From positions 1 to 34,835 of IMG/VR virus record IMGVR_UViG_3300005805_000246: a stretch of DNA of 34,835 nt, one strand, 5' to 3'. A program made the translations under genes and the position numbers. Below, piece after piece: positions 32,270-34,835 of the stretch (positions within the stretch are counted from its first letter, which is position 1; each line of letters starts with the position of its first letter). Below the pieces are notes generated by a model. The model had not been told where the DNA came from, did no database searches, and worked only from the letters and a program-made list of their open reading frames with translations. This DNA is from a virus (lineage: Duplodnaviria; Caudoviricetes).

Positions 32270-34835
32270 CTGTTTATAAAGCCCGGAGCTACCCTTCCTA
32301 AAAGCTTCTGCCTCCAGCTTTACCTGGATGGAGATATCTTCTTGGAGCAATAATTCTCTAGCCCTCTTCATGTAAGACTCGTCAATCTCTTTAATGTAGG
32401 CCTGCTGCTGGTCAAGGCCCAGGGTGGCAAATGCCGGGTCTTTGGCCCTGGCCACAATTGCCTCCTGCACGGTCTTGTTGTTCTGAGTAATCTCTTTGGC
32501 GTAGATAGTCAGCAGCCGGTTGTATTGGGCTGTGTCCAGCTTCACCCTGGCACCGTCCTTTTCAATGGCGCGAGGTGGCATGGCCAGCGGCATACGCAGG
32601 GAGATCAGCACCCGGTCCACCTCCTGCATCTTGCTCTCATTAGTACGAATGCCCACATTGGAAAGCCATGGCCTGGACGGGTCTATCTCGAGCTCTGGCT
32701 CTGCCCAGCGGTTCAGCCTGTCTGGCAGGTCTGCCGACAAGCCAAGCACCCTAGAACGCTTGCGCAGGTAGGCCTCATAAAAACCCTTCACGCCCACGGG
32801 CAGGTCTGGGTGAGGAGTGACATCCTTACGGGTGCCGTCCACGTTGCGCTCGATCTGGGCTTGCATGGATGACCACGCACCAGCAGGCGATCCGTCGATA
32901 AGGTAGCCAGTACCGGCCTGGGTGATCTCGTTGATCACGTCCTTGAGCGCCTGCCTGGGATTGGGTATCTGGTTGCCTACCGCACCCACCATGCCGGACA
33001 GGGTCTGCATGAAAGGGCTATTGCCCAGGTACTGGTACAGGCCGAAGAGCGCACCCATGCCCATCTGCTCAATCATGTCCGGGTCGTCTTCATAGCGTGC
33101 GTATTCTGTGTAGTCGGCGGCCATGGCCAGCACGGCAGACATCGGCTCAAAGCCCCGGAAGCTGATGTACAGGTTTCCGTTCTTGCCTACCGACGGGTCC
33201 ATGCCTGGGAAGTTGGCCAGGTAGCCCTTAAACTCCTCGTCCCACTCGCCAGCCTTCAGGACAACTGAGTACGGCCTCCAGCCCTCTCGCTGGTAGGTAG
33301 CCCGGAGCTGGGGGTTGCCAGGGCCAGAGCCGGTGATCCTGCCCTCCACGGCCAGGCTTGAAAGCCCGATCATAGCCATAGAGCCCATGCCAAACTTGGC
33401 AATGGCCAGGTCACGCTCTGCGCCACCCTTGGCTATATCCTGCCGCCACTGCTTTGAGAGCGGGGCAAAGAAGGAATGCTGGGTGCCCTCCGAGATCAGC
33501 CAGGTAGGCGTGCGCACAAACGGCATCATGGTCTTGGCGATCACGCTACTGTTTGTCATTTCCTGCACAGCCTTGGGGAATCCTTGCAGGTCTCGGCTGA
33601 AGGTCAGCATTTTGCCGAAGTCCATCGCGGCCAGATCAATGTCTTCCGGGGGATTGTCTCGTATGGCCTGGATGCGCTCAACCTGCTTGAGCTCTGCCAC
33701 CTGTGGGTCCACCCCATCCTGGATCAGCTGCCGGCGCAGTATCTCGCCCTCACGGTAGGCCCTAGCGTTGAGCTCGAACCGATATCCCAGGGCCTTAAAG
33801 GCCTCGTCAGTGGATTGCAGCACGCGACCAGGTATGGCAACAAAGCGAGACCAGTAGGTCAGGCCGGTGGCAAGCTTGCCGTCGAAACCGTACTCGGCCG
33901 CATTGAGACCGGCTGCGCCACCCCTAGCCTCAGTCTTGCCAGCCAGGTCAAACAGCTCACCAGTCACCCGCTGCTCTCTGGTTGTGCCGGTCCTGGCCGC
34001 CATCCAGAACATATGCATGGCCTCGGGGATGGCCTGGATGTAGCCAGCAAATCCAGCCAGCGCCTCACCCGCATAGACCCCGTCGTCGCCACCAGTAAGG
34101 GTCCTGCGCACGGCACCAACGCTACCGGCACCCAGCCTGGTAAACGGCTGGATAAGGGCGAATGCCGTGCTCGAGGTAATATTTACCGCCTGGGTACCAA
34201 GGCCAGACAGCAGGCCGTTAATCCAGGTGGATAGCCACAGGTCTTTGGCAAACCCGACCTTGGTCATCTTCTCAATCAGCTTGCCTTGGGCAGCCTCTGT
34301 GGTCAGGGCATTAAAAGCCTGGGCTGCATCTGCAACCTGGCGGGCCACCTCTGGATTGTTGGCGAGGTCTTGAATCTGCCGAGTGTCGAGCACGGGCCTG
34401 CCACCATTAAGCACGGCCAGCGCCTGAGCGGGTGCCACCTGGATGTTCTTGGCCTGCTGCATGACGTGGGCAGAGAGCGCCCATTCCTGCATCCATTGAG
34501 CGGTCAGCTCTGGCGTGCTGCCAGACTTATTGATCTGCGCGGCTAAATCGTTGAGCTTCTTGGTCTGGGTAGCCATGGCAGCCAGCGCACGGGTTACCGT
34601 GACCGGCAGGTCTTTGAGCTCACCGGCCACAGCCTCCATGCTGGCAATGTACTCAGGCGTAATGCCCAGGGCCACGGCCCTCTCTTTGGCTTCCTTGACG
34701 GTGATGCGCTGATAGTTGATGTCGGCCTGCTTGGCCAGGGTCTCGATGGCCTGGTCCAACCCTTCTGGGGTGTTGTACAGGTCGTAGTTGAAGACGGTGC
34801 CGACGGGCTTGTCAGACGGCGTGCCGCCCCTGGCC
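32267..34835 (-). CDS. Large internal virion (ejection) protein, C-terminal ~855 aa; open at the right end
   Basis: The frame stays open from 34835. WINGLLS, PFVRTP, GRITGSGP, GWRPYS motifs typical of the largest podovirus core proteins. Precedes the tail fibre. Confidence 0.82.
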   Translation of the reverse strand, partial: ARGGTPSDKPVGTVFNYDLYNTPEGLDQAIETLAKQADINYQRITVKEAKERAVALGITPEYIASMEAVAGELKDLPVTVTRALAAMATQTKKLNDLAAQINKSGSTPELTAQWMQEWALSAHVMQQAKNIQVAPAQALAVLNGGRPVLDTRQIQDLANNPEVARQVADAAQAFNALTTEAAQGKLIEKMTKVGFAKDLWLSTWINGLLSGLGTQAVNITSSTAFALIQPFTRLGAGSVGAVRRTLTGGDDGVYAGEALAGFAGYIQAIPEAMHMFWMAARTGTTREQRVTGELFDLAGKTEARGGAAGLNAAEYGFDGKLATGLTYWSRFVAIPGRVLQSTDEAFKALGYRFELNARAYREGEILRRQLIQDGVDPQVAELKQVERIQAIRDNPPEDIDLAAMDFGKMLTFSRDLQGFPKAVQEMTNSSVIAKTMMPFVRTPTWLISEGTQHSFFAPLSKQWRQDIAKGGAERDLAIAKFGMGSMAMIGLSSLAVEGRITGSGPGNPQLRATYQREGWRPYSVVLKAGEWDEEFKGYLANFPGMDPSVGKNGNLYISFRGFEPMSAVLAMAADYTEYARYEDDPDMIEQMGMGALFGLYQYLGNSPFMQTLSGMVGAVGNQIPNPRQALKDVINEITQAGTGYLIDGSPAGAWSSMQAQIERNVDGTRKDVTPHPDLPVGVKGFYEAYLRKRSRVLGLSADLPDRLNRWAEPELEIDPSRPWLSNVGIRTNESKMQEVDRVLISLRMPLAMPPRAIEKDGARVKLDTAQYNRLLTIYAKEITQNNKTVQEAIVARAKDPAFATLGLDQQQAYIKEIDESYMKRARELLLQEDISIQVKLEAEAFRKGSSGLYKQ

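Noticed and set aside
1-34835. Very frequent TGGCCA/GGCC
   Set aside because: Plausibly explained by CTG/GTG/ATG-GCC codon pairs and host-like composition. Not distinguishable without a shuffle test.
1-34835. tRNA or rRNA genes
   Set aside because: No cloverleaf or T-loop signature found in the few intergenic gaps.

Overview
This window looks like a near-complete, circularly permuted genome of a ~35 kb short-tailed dsDNA phage (podovirus-type structural module; no DNA or RNA polymerase; roughly 55-60% GC by eye). A 155-bp divergent control region (21819-21973) splits it into two arms. The rightward arm encodes a serine recombinase, an HTH protein, a YqaJ exonuclease, a RecT-like annealer and two GT-B glycosyltransferases. 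The leftward arm encodes an RHH regulator, a Holliday junction resolvase, an initiator with an internal iteron origin, a Mom-like GNAT, SSB, TerS/TerL, portal, scaffold, major capsid, tail tubes, internal virion proteins, tail fibre, a metallophosphoesterase and lysis genes. The largest internal virion gene is split across the two window ends and rejoins in frame. The most notable observations are: (1) six glyco-modification genes in three loci, including a three-gene cassette inside the head-tail operon; (2) a probable ejected virion protein with an HhH-GPD (EndoIII-like) glycosylase-type domain; (3) a candidate 3'-UTR-derived anti-RBS small RNA between scaffold and capsid genes; (4) a structured capsid leader with a twice-repeated internal loop; (5) tandem paralogous mini-proteins next to a GNAT; (6) strong CGCG depletion and GATATC enrichment. 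All family assignments come from motif recognition by eye. No database searches were run.
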